Of a stretch of 64,000 nt of DNA, positions 27,061-41,552 are shown in pieces (within the stretch, counting starts at the first letter, position 1; the number at the start of each line of letters is the position of its first letter). The position numbers were made by a program, and so were the translations under genes. The notes beneath the pieces are model-generated. The model was not told the DNA's origin, did no database searches, and saw nothing but the letters and a program-made list of their open reading frames with translations. This DNA is from Podarcis filfolensis (taxonomy: Eukaryota): the NCBI GenBank assembly GCA_964270895.1, contig OZ185444.1, one strand, 5' to 3'.

Positions 27061-29739
27061 CCTAATATTCCCCAGAGTGAGTGAGGAGTGAGTGAGTGGC
27101 AGACAGGGGGAGAATTAGAACGGGAATGGGGCTAGATTAAGACTAGGTAATTAAGAAGGGATCATTTCCCATTCTGTCCTGTATTAATCACATGCAGCCC
27201 CGTTTCCAGTCCATTGCAGTTCACCTTCTGCCAAAAGTTATGTGATTCCTCTTACTGGCCACTGTGGTGAAATTTTCATTGGACTTCTCCAGCATCCCTG
27301 ATTGGGACCATTGTGTGGTGAGAAGGGGCTTTAACTCTCTGCTGCCATTGTGGTCCTGATCAGAATACCCACTATACCTGCTGTTCATAATGGGAGGACA
27401 GCTCCCAATGGCACCAACTGTTTAGACTCAGGTATGGCAAACACCATGTAACAGACACCATGTCTAGTAACAGACACCATGTCTAGTCCTATGTGTGAAG
27501 TAACACACAAAGGAGCTTCACATGTAGACTGAGCTGATGATGACTGACCGAGAAAGGGTTCATTGGAAATGAAACTAGTCTGATTCAGCGGAAGTCTTCT
27601 TATATTCTTAATACTGCATACGTGAAGTCTTTCGGGTCCAAGTCCAACGCTATTCATTGAAATACACTGAGAATGTCTCATGCATGCATGTGTGACTCAC
27701 AGATGAATGAGCAATTTGCCTTTGCTGAAAAATATTTTCTTTTGAGAAGGTATGAAAGTGTCTGTATCACGTTTGATCTGTGATAAATGTTTCAAAGGGG
27801 CAGGTCATTGGGTGGTTTTGTGGTTGTGGATGTAGTAGGAATGCTGATATCCTAACATCCAGCCATGCATGTTGATATTAGTGTAATCAATAACGAACAT
27901 CGTGTATGAAATCCAGCAACCCCTGGATGGCTCCATGCTGGCCATCCCTGATCTAGGTAATGCATAAGAAGCACTTTGAATTATGCAAATGTTAATGGTG
28001 GTTACTTAACTAAGCTAATTCCCTACCTTCCCTTAAGCACTGGTGTATTGAGTCTGGCTTGCTTTTTTCTCTGTGCTTGTGCCAATTCACAAAGAGCAGC
28101 TCGGAACAATTCTGATTCCAGCTTTTCCCCAATATATATCAGTAGCAACTTGCGCAGAGCATGGGCAGGAATGATGCATGATGCATATGTATAGGGAAAG
28201 CCTATGCATGTCAGCAACATGAGTTCCCTTTTGGAGATGTAACTGGCACTGCATGTGGGCACACAGGAAATTCAAGTACTCACACAGCCACTCCACTAAT
28301 GTCTAAATCATTCTGTTCTCTTTGAATAAAGGGACATCCATCCTCCAGAAACCTAGGCAATAAATGACCTCCACATGCTGTAAGTGTTTTGACCATGGCA
28401 AGAAGGTTTCGCTGAGAAGAGCAGCAGCTTTGAGTTAGCATTTCAGTCTTATTCTAACACACCTATGATTTGGGTGATGCAAGGTTTTGATCCTTTGCTA
28501 GCAGGAGTGCCACAGCTCCACACAGTTATGCGATTTGGAGAGCTATTTTCTAGATCGGGACAGAGTGGTGCTATTAAGTCAAGAACGTACAGGGCAGTGT
28601 GTGAAACGTCAGCATGCGGTGAGACAATGAACTGGAATTACCATTTGGTGGAGTGCATTAGCACAATTACTCTTGACACATTATGCTTTCTAGATATTGA
28701 TAACATAATTATAGTTATTATTATTAAGTGGTCTCATATTTGAAAGCACAGCTTGATCAATAATTTGATGTTTCTGTCTTCTCCTGTTCTGAAGTCATTT
28801 TAAGCACTTAGGTATTATGACACAACGCATGATAGCGCAATTATCTCATTCTGAAACTTGGCTTTCACTTTTTCCTTAATCAGAGTCGGCTTACTTTTTG
28901 TACAGGCTTCTAGTTCTGTAATGGCAAATTCTGTGGAAGCTTCTGAATTCTATAGTAACTTCAAAGGCTTCCACAGAATTTACTATGTTTTTACTGGCTA
29001 TGTTTGCTACAGTTTCTTATTTATTTACCATAGTCTAGGAAAAGATCAGCAGCACTTAAAAAATGGGATTCCTCAACCACATTTATTCACAAGCAAGTGT
29101 CAGTGTTCAGAAGAAACCTTTTTTATGGTTTGAGGTCATTAAATGATTCTATTTTGCTCTATTGCAGATGGGGTGGGGGAGAGGAAGGCAGAAAAACAGG
29201 AGAAGGGGGTGGGGGCTCTAAATGCTCAGAAGTACATTTGTTCTGACCAATGCATGTTATATATGAATCCTCCTTCTGATCTCAGACACAGCCACTCTGA
29301 GTCTTCAGGTCTCTGTTGCATAAGAGTCTAAAAGAGAAGTGATATGTAGGGTTATTGTAGAGGCAGTTGCCGTAATCAAGATATAGTAAACTGGTGCCTA
29401 CAGATAAGTAATACTGTTAATATTCAATAAAGGTTATAGTAGAGTTGTGCTTTTCTGAATGCATGCATGATCTTAAAAAGAGTACAGTGAAGGCACCTGC
29501 TTGTTCTTCAAACATTCAATACAGTAATGCTTCTTTTATGCTAGCAGTAGATTTATTTCTCTCTATAATTTGGTTGGCATCCGTCTGTCTTGGGAGACAA
29601 TAGAAGAGTGAGCCTTTGGGGGTGAAGCCAAACATTGGAAGAGTTACAGTGCCTGCTGTGGCTGTAGAGACTGATAGGGGAGAGACATGTTTTGTTTCAG
29701 CTGGGGCAGATGAAGGTGTCTGGTTGTGCTGATACAAGT

Positions 29740-30520
29740 GTACCATGGCTTTTCTTCTTTCTGTGCTCGTCTTTGCCTTTCTCACTGCAGCTAGCATCTT
29801 TATGCAGGGCACACACTTGTAGCTCACAAGATCCTCACACTTTGCAGCGATAATAGGCTCCATGTCCTTAATGCTGGATTCAAGTGAGTCAGGGATCTTC
29901 TGTGCTCTTTTGCCAAAGGAGGACATAGCTGGGTTGTCGGTTTTCTCTTGGTGTGGTTCCACCTTGCTTCAACACTGTCTCTGGGGAAGTTGATCAGAGC
30001 TTGTTCAAAGGAGACAGAGAAGCAGCCACAAAGTTCAGGCATAGATCTTCTGGCAGTATTGATTCTGCACTTTCTGCTTTGGGCTATGGCTCCTCTTTGG
30101 CTAGAGAAAGAACTTGCTCACTACCAGGGAGTGATCTGTGTCACAGTCGGCACTGTGGTTGCTCTATGTGACACAAACACAGGTCAGTGCTAAGTGCCTG
30201 GTGGCAATCAAGTCCAGTTGGTGACAGTGGTCTGACCTTGGATGTCTCCAGGACACTTGCTGTCTTGCTTTGGTAGAGAAGAACATGTCTGTGATGCAGA
30301 AGCTGTGATACGAGCACAGTTCAAACAACCGTTGTCCATTCTCATTCATGCTGCCAATATCAAAGTGGCCTATGCAGTTGTCCCATGTGTGATGACCATC
30401 TCCAACTATGGCATTGAAATCTCCCAGCAGGAATAGGTGTTTGCAGGCTGGGACTTTTCTGACAGCCTGGTCTAGTTCCTTGTAGAACTGATCCTTGGTC
30501 TGTATGTCAAAGCACATAGT
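29740..30520 (-). mobile_element. RTE-clade LINE relic (not Bov-B): AP endonuclease and linker
   Basis: KDQFYKELD...LFLLGDFNAIVG...NENGQRLFELC...VSWRHPRSDHCHQLDLI, then SSFGKRAQKIPD...MEPIIAAK in a shifted frame. Confidence 0.85.
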
Positions 30521-31989
30521 TGGGAGTATAGCTGTTCAAGATGTTAACCTGGCCAGAGATGGTTGAGAGGTGGAGGGAAAACAAGCATTTTGAGCTCTCA
30601 GTTGGTGGCTCCATCAGAGTCAGAAGAGAGTTCCTCAGTGTAAAACCTATACCATGAATATGTGGTTCTTCTGGCTGCCCTCCTTGCTATAAAGCAGTAT
30701 AATTCTTCTTTGAGAGGCTGATATTAGAAGCGAGTCTGGTCAGCAAAGCAGTGGAGGTTTAGGATCAGAGTATTCCTTCTGCTAGATGGACTACCTTGCC
30801 AGATTGATGAGCCCTATTTGCCCTTCATCTCCCTCAATTACCTCCTTAACCATTGAACTTGCTATTGGTGTCATCTGCTCAATTTTCCATGCAGGGGATA
30901 GACAATTCCCTAAGTCACCTGATTTATCAAGTGTTTAAGACCCATTGGCTGCCCTCACCTGGTTTAGCCAGTCAGTCGAAACCATTTCCTGGGGTGTGGC
31001 CACTGTCTCAAGCTGATAGCTTCTAGGAGCCACAGGTGAGAGCTGAGTGCAGGGTGGGGCCCAAAGTGGATGAACTATCCCAAAAAAAGCATGACATGTC
31101 TCCCCCTAGAGATCATCAAATCCCCAAAAAGGTATATAAGACACAGGCCTGGAAATGGCCTGAATTTAAAGCCGTTTCTGCACTATCAGTTATGCTTGCC
31201 AGCTGCATTTGTAAGTGTGGATTAAGCTATACTGTGGTGCAGACAGAAGATTTTGCTGATCCGCAGGCTGCAAGAGAGTGTGCTTTTTCAAGCAGGACCC
31301 AGCACTGGGGCTTTTCTTCTTCTCTTTTTTTGTATTAAACTGGTGTATTCTTCCATTTCTATCAAGAAAATGCGCTACAGACAGTGCCTGTGCTATAATC
31401 CCAATCAATACCTACTGCTCAGTGCCTGGAGCCTGAAATTGCTTTCCATGAACTAAAATATATTAGGGCAATTCAGGTTATTTCATGGAATCAAATTCAG
31501 AAAGGGAAAACAGAAGGCTGACTATCAGCAGAAGTATCCCTTCTGTGAGAGGCATTAAATGGTTGCTCAGCCTCTCACACACCCTCACAGAATCCCTTTT
31601 CCTGGGTATAAGAATGCAAAATGAACAATATCTAAAGAACATCTGCAGAATGTTACAAGGGCTGGAAGACGGTGAGACTTATTCAAAGCAACCTATGCCA
31701 GTTTATTTACTTGGAGACAAGGTCTGCCAATTCCAAGGTTTAGCCTCAATTATAATTAAACAATAATACAGGCCATTCTAGAGAAGAACCAAAGTTGGTT
31801 ACAAAAATTTTCTCCCCTCCCCCATGTTGACCCTGTGAATGTGGGTTTTGCAAATGTTGAGTATTTGATATCTAATTATATTTGATATTTGACTGTATTT
31901 TATAGTTGATGTACAATGCTATTTGACATTTTACTGTATTTTGACAATTGACATACAGTACTGTTCAGTATTTGACAGAAGATAATAAA

Positions 31990-32330
31990 AATGGTATTTA
32001 ATTGTGTTGCAAAGCTGGTTGGCAATAGAATTTAGTTTCTCTGCTACATAATAACTGACGTGCAATGGATTTAATACTTTAATGTTAGTCGACAAGTTAT
32101 AGAATTTGCGAAAAGCAAACGCTGAAGAATTTGTTGGCAAATCCATAACATTCACATTTTACTTTGAAATGTTGATAGTTTTTATTCATGCCACTCCCAT
32201 TATCCAGAGACCAGGATAACCTAAAAGAAATCAGTGGAATTTGTATGAAACTATGCTCATCTCGATTCTGTGCTCGATTGTGTTCCTGTGTGGAAGAGCG
32301 CATCAGTATGAAGTCACTTCCATTCTTTCT
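31990..32330 (-). mobile_element. Possible ancient hAT transposase C-terminal relic
   Basis: LPTNSSAFAFRKFYNLSTNIKVLNPLHVSYYVAEKLNSIA loosely resembles the hAT dimerization motif; judged by eye only. Confidence 0.2.
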
Positions 32331-34579
32331 GGGATGTTGTAGTTCCAAAAGGAAAATAGTAATTTGTTTTGTGCTGATATTTGCTTGACAAATACTACTC
32401 ATGGTTACACTCCCTGAAGCTTTCATTATGTACACATTATTATGAATGCAGATAGTTTTCTTTCTCTTGATGCCATAATAAATAAATACTGTAATTAGTC
32501 AAAAGTGCATTTTTGGAATCCGAAACATAGCCAGAGAAAGATATTTATAGCTGTTGTGACTGGCATATTTTAGTGGATAAAACTGAATTGATTTAAGTAC
32601 TTTGTGTGTGCATCTCACAATTGATGTTGATTGATTTTGAGTAGCCTGTGAGTTATGGGAATTGTAGATATCTTCCCCATTATGACCGCTTTGAGGTTTC
32701 CTATTAATCTATGTAACCATTGAATAACTTGCTTTTTATTTCACCACAGATAGCTACATTTCTTTTTATTGTAAAAATGTGCATTAACATGAATGGAATG
32801 CTTGGTCTTTGCTCTTTCAAAATGTGGTTGGAAACCACCATAGACCGCTCTGTGTAAGCATTTCTGTGCTCGGGATCATAAGGATTTGAAGTGAGGTCAG
32901 TTTCCAAATTAAAAAGTATCTGGTAACACCTAGATTTTTCAGCTAACCTGTGCTTCCCTTTTTGTTGAATTCACAAAGTGAAAATACAGTGCTAAACATC
33001 AGGAGAAAACAATCTATTGCATTCCGGCCTTTTAGTCGAAGCAATAAGATACATTGCCCCCTGAGACGTTCCCCATGTATATGTGCTCTTAGACACCTCC
33101 CATTCATTTCAATGGGACTTGGGGCCACCAGCATATCAGCCATAGGCACCCATGTTCCTGTCAAGACCTCTAATAGCACCTGTGAAAGGTCTCAGTAGAC
33201 ATCAGCTCAAAAAACCAAAGTGCACAAGCAACTGTTTGCTCTTCCCGCTCAGCTCCTATTTCCACAGGCTTGGGCTCTCATGCGATGAGCATTTAAATAC
33301 ACCCAAATTGCAGTGGATCCCAGGTTTAGACGCCCATCCTCCCAAACACATCTCAGGTACAAAGAGCTTCTTTGAAAGCAAGTGTGGGAGTGGCTAATGT
33401 TGATTCCTTTTCCCCTTTGATGGAGCTGGGACTCGGAGGGCAGACGAAGGGCATATCCGCATCATTTTCAGGTCCCTTATCTTTCCCTGGTCTTTCAGAT
33501 GCAGCAGGCAGACATCTTATTTATTTATTTCCTCTGAGGAGATCAAGGGGGTGTACAAAGATCCTCCATCTCCTCACAACAACTCTGTGAGGTAGATTAG
33601 GCTAACAGACGGCAACTGGACCAAGATCACCTGGTGAGCTTCGTGGATGAATCTCAAAGGGCGTTCCAGAATCTGGCGCAACAGCAATAAAAAGCCCTCG
33701 CTCCTTGATTGCTGCTCATTTCCCGTAAGTGTTTGGAACAGGCCACTCCCACTGCTGTGGGAGAATCATGTAGGGAGAATGAGTCCTAAAGCATTTGAGT
33801 CCCGAGTCATGAAGGGGTTTAAATTTAAGCCCCTTGAATTCCATGCAGAAGCAAACTGGCAGTCAGCACAGTTCTTTCAGCGTTTGCCAAATACCTTCCT
33901 GTCTCCTGCTACCCAATCAGGACGAGCAATGGCATTTTGCCCCAGCTGCGGCTTCCAACTTGTCTTCAAGGGCACTTGCCCTGACACTTCCAGGTGCACT
34001 GTACAGTACTCTATTGTGGAATGAGCAGCAGGGAAGGGAGAACAAATACATGTGTGTATTGTAAAACCTTCAAAGAATCGGTAGAGAGGAAATGTTCCAT
34101 GTGATATATGAACTCTTGTCTGATACTACACAGCAGCAGAGCACTCTTTGATTGTTTCATTTACTGTTTGCAACTTGCCATAAAGAATAAAAAAGACTAT
34201 ATAGAGCTCTTGGCTCAGGGATTCTTAAACCTTGCCTAAGATACAGCGAGGGGCAGGCAGTGGGGAAGAACGAGACAAAGCAGAGAGAGAGAGCTCAGCT
34301 TGTACCTCTTGCACCCATTGAGACTGCATCAAAAAGCTGATCAAAGAAAGGAGGGAAAGGCTGGGCATTCAGGTCCAGTGCTTGCTAGCTTCTGAGGGAG
34401 AAAGCACAGGAAAACAAAGAAGCCTACGAATGCTCGAATGCTGCCTCCTTGTCTCCAGTATTATGGAGAGACAAATTGCTTGCAAAGCTACTCATAAAAT
34501 GTTAGGCTTATTCACATGTTACACTGAACATCTACATGCCCTCTCTATCCATGTTCAAGTGTTTGTGTGAACACTTGTT

Positions 34580-34715
34580 CAGGCATAGGCAAACTCGGCC
34601 ATCCAGATGTTTGGGGACTACAACTCCCATCATCCCTAGCTAACAGGACCAGTGGCCAGGGATGATGGGAACTGTAGTCCCAAAACATCTGGAGGGCCAA
34701 GTTTGCCTATGCCTG
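34580..34715. mobile_element. hAT MITE (136 bp)
   Basis: Perfect 16-bp TIRs CAGGCATAGGCAAACT; perfect 8-bp TSD CACTTGTT (34572-34579 and 34716-34723); internal hairpin GGACTACAACTCCCATCATCCCT. Related cores near 4765-4820, 8970-9000 and 37560-37650. Confidence 0.93.
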
Positions 34716-37038
34716 CACTTGTTGATTTGTACAGCTCAGCTGTTGTGTTCACAGGTGCGCCTCACTCGTGCAACATACGTGAATAGCTGCACAAGTTTGC
34801 AGTGCAACTATTTGTGTGCACAAGTTGGCAGATTGCAAGCTCCTTGAATGTAACGTGTGAGTGGCCGTGTGTTTCTTACAAGATGGGGGAAGTGTGGCAT
34901 TGTGCCTTCTGGCCTTGAGAACTTGCTAACAGATTACAGTGGGACTTGTTGTTGGAAAGATTTGTCCACTTCTCTTGCATACCAGTTCCCAAGATGATTT
35001 TAAAGAATAGAGAGGTCAAATGCCACTGGCTGCATTGATTGACAATGCAATGTCCATAATAGCCTTTTGGTCTGTAGCTCAGGTCATTGGAAAACTGCGT
35101 TCGTCATGTGTTATTCACACCCTTTTCACATTTTGCCAGTTGCAGACAAAAAAAGGCCTTGGAAGTTACATGCCTTCATTATGGGTGAACAGGCAGATGA
35201 AGCATGGGCAAGTTGTGCCCACTTATGGTGCCCTTCTCTAGAGTTCAGGGGCACCCATTCTGTGAGGCAATGTGAAACCGTTGCACCAGGAAGCAGTTTC
35301 CATGGGGATCATTTATCTCTGTTTCCAGTTTCCATCTCTCTACTTAAAAAGAAAAAAGAAAATTAAAAATATGTGTGCATAATTCTAAGCCCTATTCAGG
35401 CACCAATAGTATTGTGTTTGACAACTCATGTAGGGAAGTACAGGGGTGTGCTTCAGTCATCACCTTCCATCTCTATAATATCATGGCCCAATTCAGACAA
35501 AACAATAATTGCGTAGGTGACTGAAAACTATGTGCTATTCCTGCTTCCACATGCAAGAGGAGGAGAATAAAGGCTTTCATATGCCTTTTAGAGCAAACCA
35601 CAGTTCTGAACTTGGGGACCTGTGTTTGCTTGTTGTTTAAACCAAAGCTGGTTAACAAACCAGGCTCTGAAACCAGAGTTTGATTCTGATTTCTTTAAAC
35701 TCGCCTTTATTAGAAAACACACACATACTTTTCTGAGTTTATATATGATGAGGGGCTGTGGAAACATCTTCTCTACTCCTCTTGCGCACAAATGAGGAGG
35801 TTAGGAGGGAGATGATGAGCGAGCTTGAGACTCACGGCAACTCTTTCCTGATCATCTACAATAATTTAGGTGATTATCTGAAGTGGGACTATGCTTCCCT
35901 GCTGGCTACTCTTTCAGTAGATGGTTGTGGCTGAAGGTCCACTTGTAATGCTCAGCAAACCAAAATTTCTTTGGACACTCTTGATGATGATGATGATGTG
36001 GCTTGTATGTTCTTAAGAGTTCCTATAGACAATCCTGTTCTTTATCTTATGTGTGTTTCCAGGAGAGTGGCATTCATATCAAAATCCAGACTGATAGCTA
36101 CTTTTCAAGTAAATCACAATCATAGGAACCATAAAAATATTTTCTTGGCACATTATTTACTTGCAAATATTCAGTGGTCTGTGGCATTTATATGTATATG
36201 TCAAACTCTTGTCAGTACACAGCATGCTCTCTTGACACCTTCAGTGATAAGGAACTAAGGCATGTAAATCATTAAATGAGGGAAAGAAATAGTTTCCAAA
36301 TCATTTCACTTGAATAGGTGGTTCTTCTGTTAAAGTAACTATTTCTCAACTTAAGGTGGCCAGAGACCTTTGCATCCCACCCACTATAAAAGGGTTTTCA
36401 GTGCCCAACTAAAAGCATTCTAAAGTCTGACTTAGACTAAAGGTTTGTAAACTCACAGCATCTCAAACATTTCTGCCTAAATATAAACCTCCAAGCGACA
36501 GCCATCAACATAAATTTATCAGAGGAATGAATGGGAAACACTTGGGGGTAAGCTATTACCCTCTGGCAAAAACGTGTCATATGTGAACATTCTGAAATGT
36601 CTGCTGGGCTGTATGATCAAGTTGAGATTTAAAGGGAAATCTAAGCTATGCTTTTCGTTTTGGTTTTCGGAAGAAGGATCTGTCAAGGAATGCTTAGAGG
36701 ACTCCTTCCAGATATAGCTAAGCAGACCCATGCAGAGCTTTTCTGAGGCCCGGGGTGGGGGAATGAAGTTGTTATAAACTCAAACAAAAAAGCAGTCGGT
36801 CCCTAGCGGGAGCCTCTAACCATCTTAGCCCTCCAAGACTCGAGGCAAGTGTACTCAGCTTCCTCCTGCCCTGCAATGGGCCAGCAGCTAAAGATAAGTG
36901 CCTCATAGTGGCTAAGCTATATAATTATTCAATTTCCTTTTATTTAAAATAGGAAAAAAAAACATTCTTAAACAATGAAGGTTATTGAAACAAACTTCCG
37001 TTAAACAAATCAGCACTGTTAAATGTTTGGTAATTAAT

Positions 37039-37353
37039 CATACCCGCCAACATCTCTCTGATGAAAATAGGGACATCCTATTTGACAACAACAACTACAG
37101 CAATTTTATCATTTATAGCCCATCCATTAAAAAAACTTCCTTATATAGTGCTGCCTTTAGATGTCTTCTAAAGGTTGTAGTTACCTATCTCCTTGGCTTA
37201 GGGGTCACATAACTCCATACCTTTCAACATTTATCCAATGAAAATGGGAACATCCTAAGGAAAAGTGGGGCATTCCAGGATCAAATCAGAAACCGGGACA
37301 GCACCTGTAAATTCGGGACTGTCCCTGGAAAATAGTGACACTTGGAGGGTCTG
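37039..37353. mobile_element. Composite element, copy 3, opposite orientation
   Basis: CATACCCGCCAAC...TTGGAGGGTCTG; two ATGAAAAT(A/G)GG(G/A)ACATCC units; flanks TAATTAAT/TAATTTAG. Confidence 0.7.
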
Positions 37354-38763
37354 TAATTTAGATAATGTCACACCTCTCAGTTTCAAAGGTTTGTGAGTAA
37401 TTTGAACCTAGCGAGTGACAATCTGAGTAGCAACATTGCCGTCTGTCTTACAACACTGCTCAGGCAGAGTCTTAAAATACGAACATGGATTTTCAGATGC
37501 CTCGTATGTATTTGCCAATTGTACCTTTCAAGGTAAGGGTAGCCATCATTGTGCCCACCAGAAGATGTTGGACTCCAACTCCCATGAGTGCTAACCAACA
37601 TGGAAAATGGTCAGGGATGATGAGAGTTGTAGTCCAGCAATATCTGGAGTGTGCCATATTGGCTGTCCCAATTCTAAGGGGCAGGAATAAGATGTCATTT
37701 GGAGGGGGAGGAGAGAGCCATTAAGGCTGCAGTCATAAGCACCTTTGTTTGTTGCATTTCTATCCCTCTGCTGTTTATCTTCACAGCAACCTCGTGAGGT
37801 AGGTTAGGCTAAGAGTGAGCAACTGGCCCAAGGTCACTCAGTGAGCTTCATGGCTGAGTGAGGATTTAAATCCATCACTTCAAAGTTTTAATTCAACACT
37901 CTAACCACACTGGATCTCATTTGCAAATCCCACTATGTCTCACTGAGAGGAAGGATACCTAGGACCTCGCAGCACATCAGCCCACTTGCCTTCTGTAACA
38001 TAAGGCTTGCACCCCAATAAAATGCTTATAACTGCTTGTTTATGGTTCATATCTGAAAACAAAGGTTTTCCCATATTTCTGTTACATACATGTGTGGAAG
38101 ATTAAGTGGCTAATGCTTGTAAACTTCCTTGAACATATGATGAGAATCATAAATGTTAAGCACTGGTATTATTTATTATGAGATGCAGTTATTGCCATCA
38201 AAATGTTGAACGAATCTTGCAGTTTTTATAGGCACAACTTTTTCCCTCACAGCAACAGTCTACCAAATATGTGATCACTAAATCAACAGCTGCTACACCT
38301 CAAGCAAGTTATGAATTTTTCCTGATTTACAACAGCCACTTTCATATTTGTTTTCAGAGAGCAGCTGGGAAGGGGAGGAGGGCTGAGACATGCTCTTGGG
38401 GGATGGGAATGACATAAGGCCTGAACTTCCTAAAAGAAGGTAGATTTTCAAAGGCAATTTCAGCTGCTAAGTTCCATTACATTTCGGTGTGGGCATACAT
38501 GCAATTTTGCCTTTGAAAAAGTAGTTCTTTATCTAAGTGCATAAATCTGCATGGAAGCACTTAAAAGTGAGACTTGATTTCCAAGGGCATTGAACACCCC
38601 TGACTTCAATAGGTCCTGGATCTCAGGATGCCTATATAATATGGGGGCAATTGAAGTACCTCTTACAGAGTGAGTGCGTGTGTGAGAGAGAGGGGGGGGT
38701 TTCATCTACCTGAATGGTCTGCTGACTGTCTCACATGTTTGGACTTCAGATGTAAAATGGCTA

Positions 38764-39004
38764 AAGGTAAAGGGACCCCTGACCATTAGGTCCAGTCGTG
38801 GCCGACTCTGGGGTTGCAGCGCTCATCTCGCTTTATTGGCCAAAAGAGCTGGCGTACATCTTCCGGGTCATGTGGCCAGCATGACTAAGCCGCTTCTGGC
38901 AAACCAGAGCAGCGCACGGAAACGCCGTTTATCTTCCCGCTAGAGTGGTACCTATCTATCTACTTGCACTTTGATGTGCTTTCGAACTGCTAGGTTGACA
39001 GGAG
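38764..39004 (-). mobile_element. Sauria SINE, 5'-truncated
   Basis: Same body as the 24.3 kb copy but without the tRNA head; 12-bp TSD GTAAAATGGCTA (38752-38763 and 39005-39016). Confidence 0.92.
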
Positions 39005-41552
39005 GTAAAATGGCTACATGATACCTAATAGCTATCTGATATACTTTGCATCATGGCAATATTGGGCAGATTTGTGTGTGCAGCCATTGTTCCTTATGTT
39101 GAAAGGTTGCATTACTGTTGCTAAAATCCATCCTAATGACACTTTCATGTTTATACATGTTAGAACCAAAACCTGCATGAATCAAAGTTCTTCAATTCAG
39201 CTGAATTGTGGATCAGGCTGCAAACAGTCACTGAATGACTGCCCGGTGCCACAAGAAAGTGTGCTGAAGATTGCGGCTTCAACCTAGTCACCTGTTTTCA
39301 ACAAAGTTGGGCAGAAGTGCCAATTCTGCGGTCAAACTCTGTCAGTGGGCACGTGGGAACTGGGGAACTAGTCAATCCAATCAACCCTCTATATTTCAGG
39401 ACTTTAGTGTTTCTAATATAATATGCACTTATTCACACAATTCACTTTCTGGTAATCTGCCACACCCACTTTTCTTTGGAAGTATAACCACTGTTGCTGA
39501 TCAATGGGATATTAAATCCTATAGTTAAAAATTTATTCACAGCCACTAGCTACCTAGCATGAATCTAGGTTTAATATTTGCCCATCAGCTGATTTTTACA
39601 AACCCTTCATGCAAGTGCATAAATCTGCAGATAAGTATATTATTATAAAACCACGAACTACCTCTAGATTTTTCTCTGGTATTCTATGGCACACTTCTCT
39701 TCCCAAATGAAATATATTATTGGAAAGGAGAGAGAGAGGAAGCCACAAATAAATGGGCTCACAGCTTGGTGCATCAGGTAAGAGTAGAGTGGATGGGGTA
39801 ATTCTAACCCCACCCCGAGATGCCAGGGAGACTGCCATATTCTCCTGGTACCACTAAGCTCAACCCTGAGATAATGCTGAATGACTGTAACCCATTTTCA
39901 TTGCAGGGAGAGGCAGACATGAAATAGTTTTTTCACAGGGGACACCTAAATGCTGTCTTGACATTAGGAATTGGAATGAACATTTTAGATCCGGCAGTCA
40001 ATTGTCATGGTGATGTTTTATTTTGACAAACCATTTGATATACTTGGCTAGTGTGTTGTTGGCTGATTTTTTAATTTTAGTTTTCGTTTCCCCCCTTATT
40101 CTTACAATGATTTTTTTTGGGGGTGGGGTTGTATTTCTGAAATCTATTTTGTCTTCCTTGAAAAATCACAATGGTCATTGGCTGAAAGCACTAAAAGGAC
40201 TGCCTAAACTCTTAGTTCTACCATAACCTTTTGTCTCTGGATAGCAGCCTTGCTCTTGAACTATTCCAGACTTGTGAGTATCCTGCTATCCATCACCTTT
40301 GCCATCATGGGCTCCTGGGCACCTTCCCAATCTTATTGTCCATATCTGCACTGGTCCTTCTGCTATCGGAAAGGGTCAGCCTAGCTTAAAGCCTTTCATT
40401 TCCCCACAAGCCTGTCAATAAATGCCTTGATACCTGTTGCTTTGTTCCTTAAATAAATATCACAACTTCCTTCAGGCAGGCAAATCCCCCTTCATCAAAC
40501 AGACAAAGGTTTTCAGAAGCAGCAGGTGGCTGCCCAGTGGAACCTATAAACAAATACTGATGGGAAATAATGCCGAAACCTCTAGTCATTTTGCTCCCAG
40601 TGCACGCACTATGACCTCAGCAAAATCCGTTTAGCTTCAAGGATTTCATCATTGCTTTCTATTTTCCACTTTTGAAATTAAAGCCTTTGGGAAACTCGCA
40701 GTTATTATTTTCTCAAAAACTTGAGCCCATTCTCATGCAAAACCCAACCCAGCTCCATCTTCCAGACAGACTTGCATTAATGATTCCACAAGTGAACCCT
40801 ATTTTTTACTTATAGTTTGACTTATCCATTGCTAATACAATGCTGGTAGCATTTGTTATATTAAGTGGTAATGTAATTGCATAGTTGCAGAGGGAGAAGA
40901 ATATCAGAGCCCTGAAAATGGTTTTTTTGTGGAAATAGGCTGTCTTCTCTATCACAGTGGAAAGATGTTGGGCGGTTCATTCATTCTTCTTCCTGAAGAT
41001 CTTCCAACATACTTGGATGTTCCTTCTAGTTAATTTCCCACTGGGCCCTTTACCAAATAGCTCTTTCTCAAGTAAGAATTCAGCCATATGTGATGAATCC
41101 AGTGATATTAGTATGTTTCCTAATTCTTACTTAAGTTAGCTTTGTAAGAACAACATAAGTTTCAGTCTCTGCTGCTAGTGAGTGAAGGACATTCCGAATA
41201 ATCCAAAACCATTTATAACATTTTTTCTTTCTTTTCTGAACTGAGATGAGAGAGGGTTGCTCTAAACAACAACAAAAGTCAGTAAATTTCTGGTGTTGAA
41301 AATGTAAGAAAAGACCCCAAAGCCTATCTATCCCTGTATCCTGTTTTCACAGTGACCAACCAAATGCCAGTGGGAAGTTTGCAAGGGTTTCTGTGCCACT
41401 TCTATACCTCTTTTCATAAAATCCCTACTATAAAACTGTAGAATCCACCTCATAAAGGTCTGACAATAGTTGTATCTAGAAGAAGGCATGCTATGACCTG
41501 CAACTATTTCCATAAGCCATAGCTATGGGGTGAGGGTCCACAGCTCAGTGGT

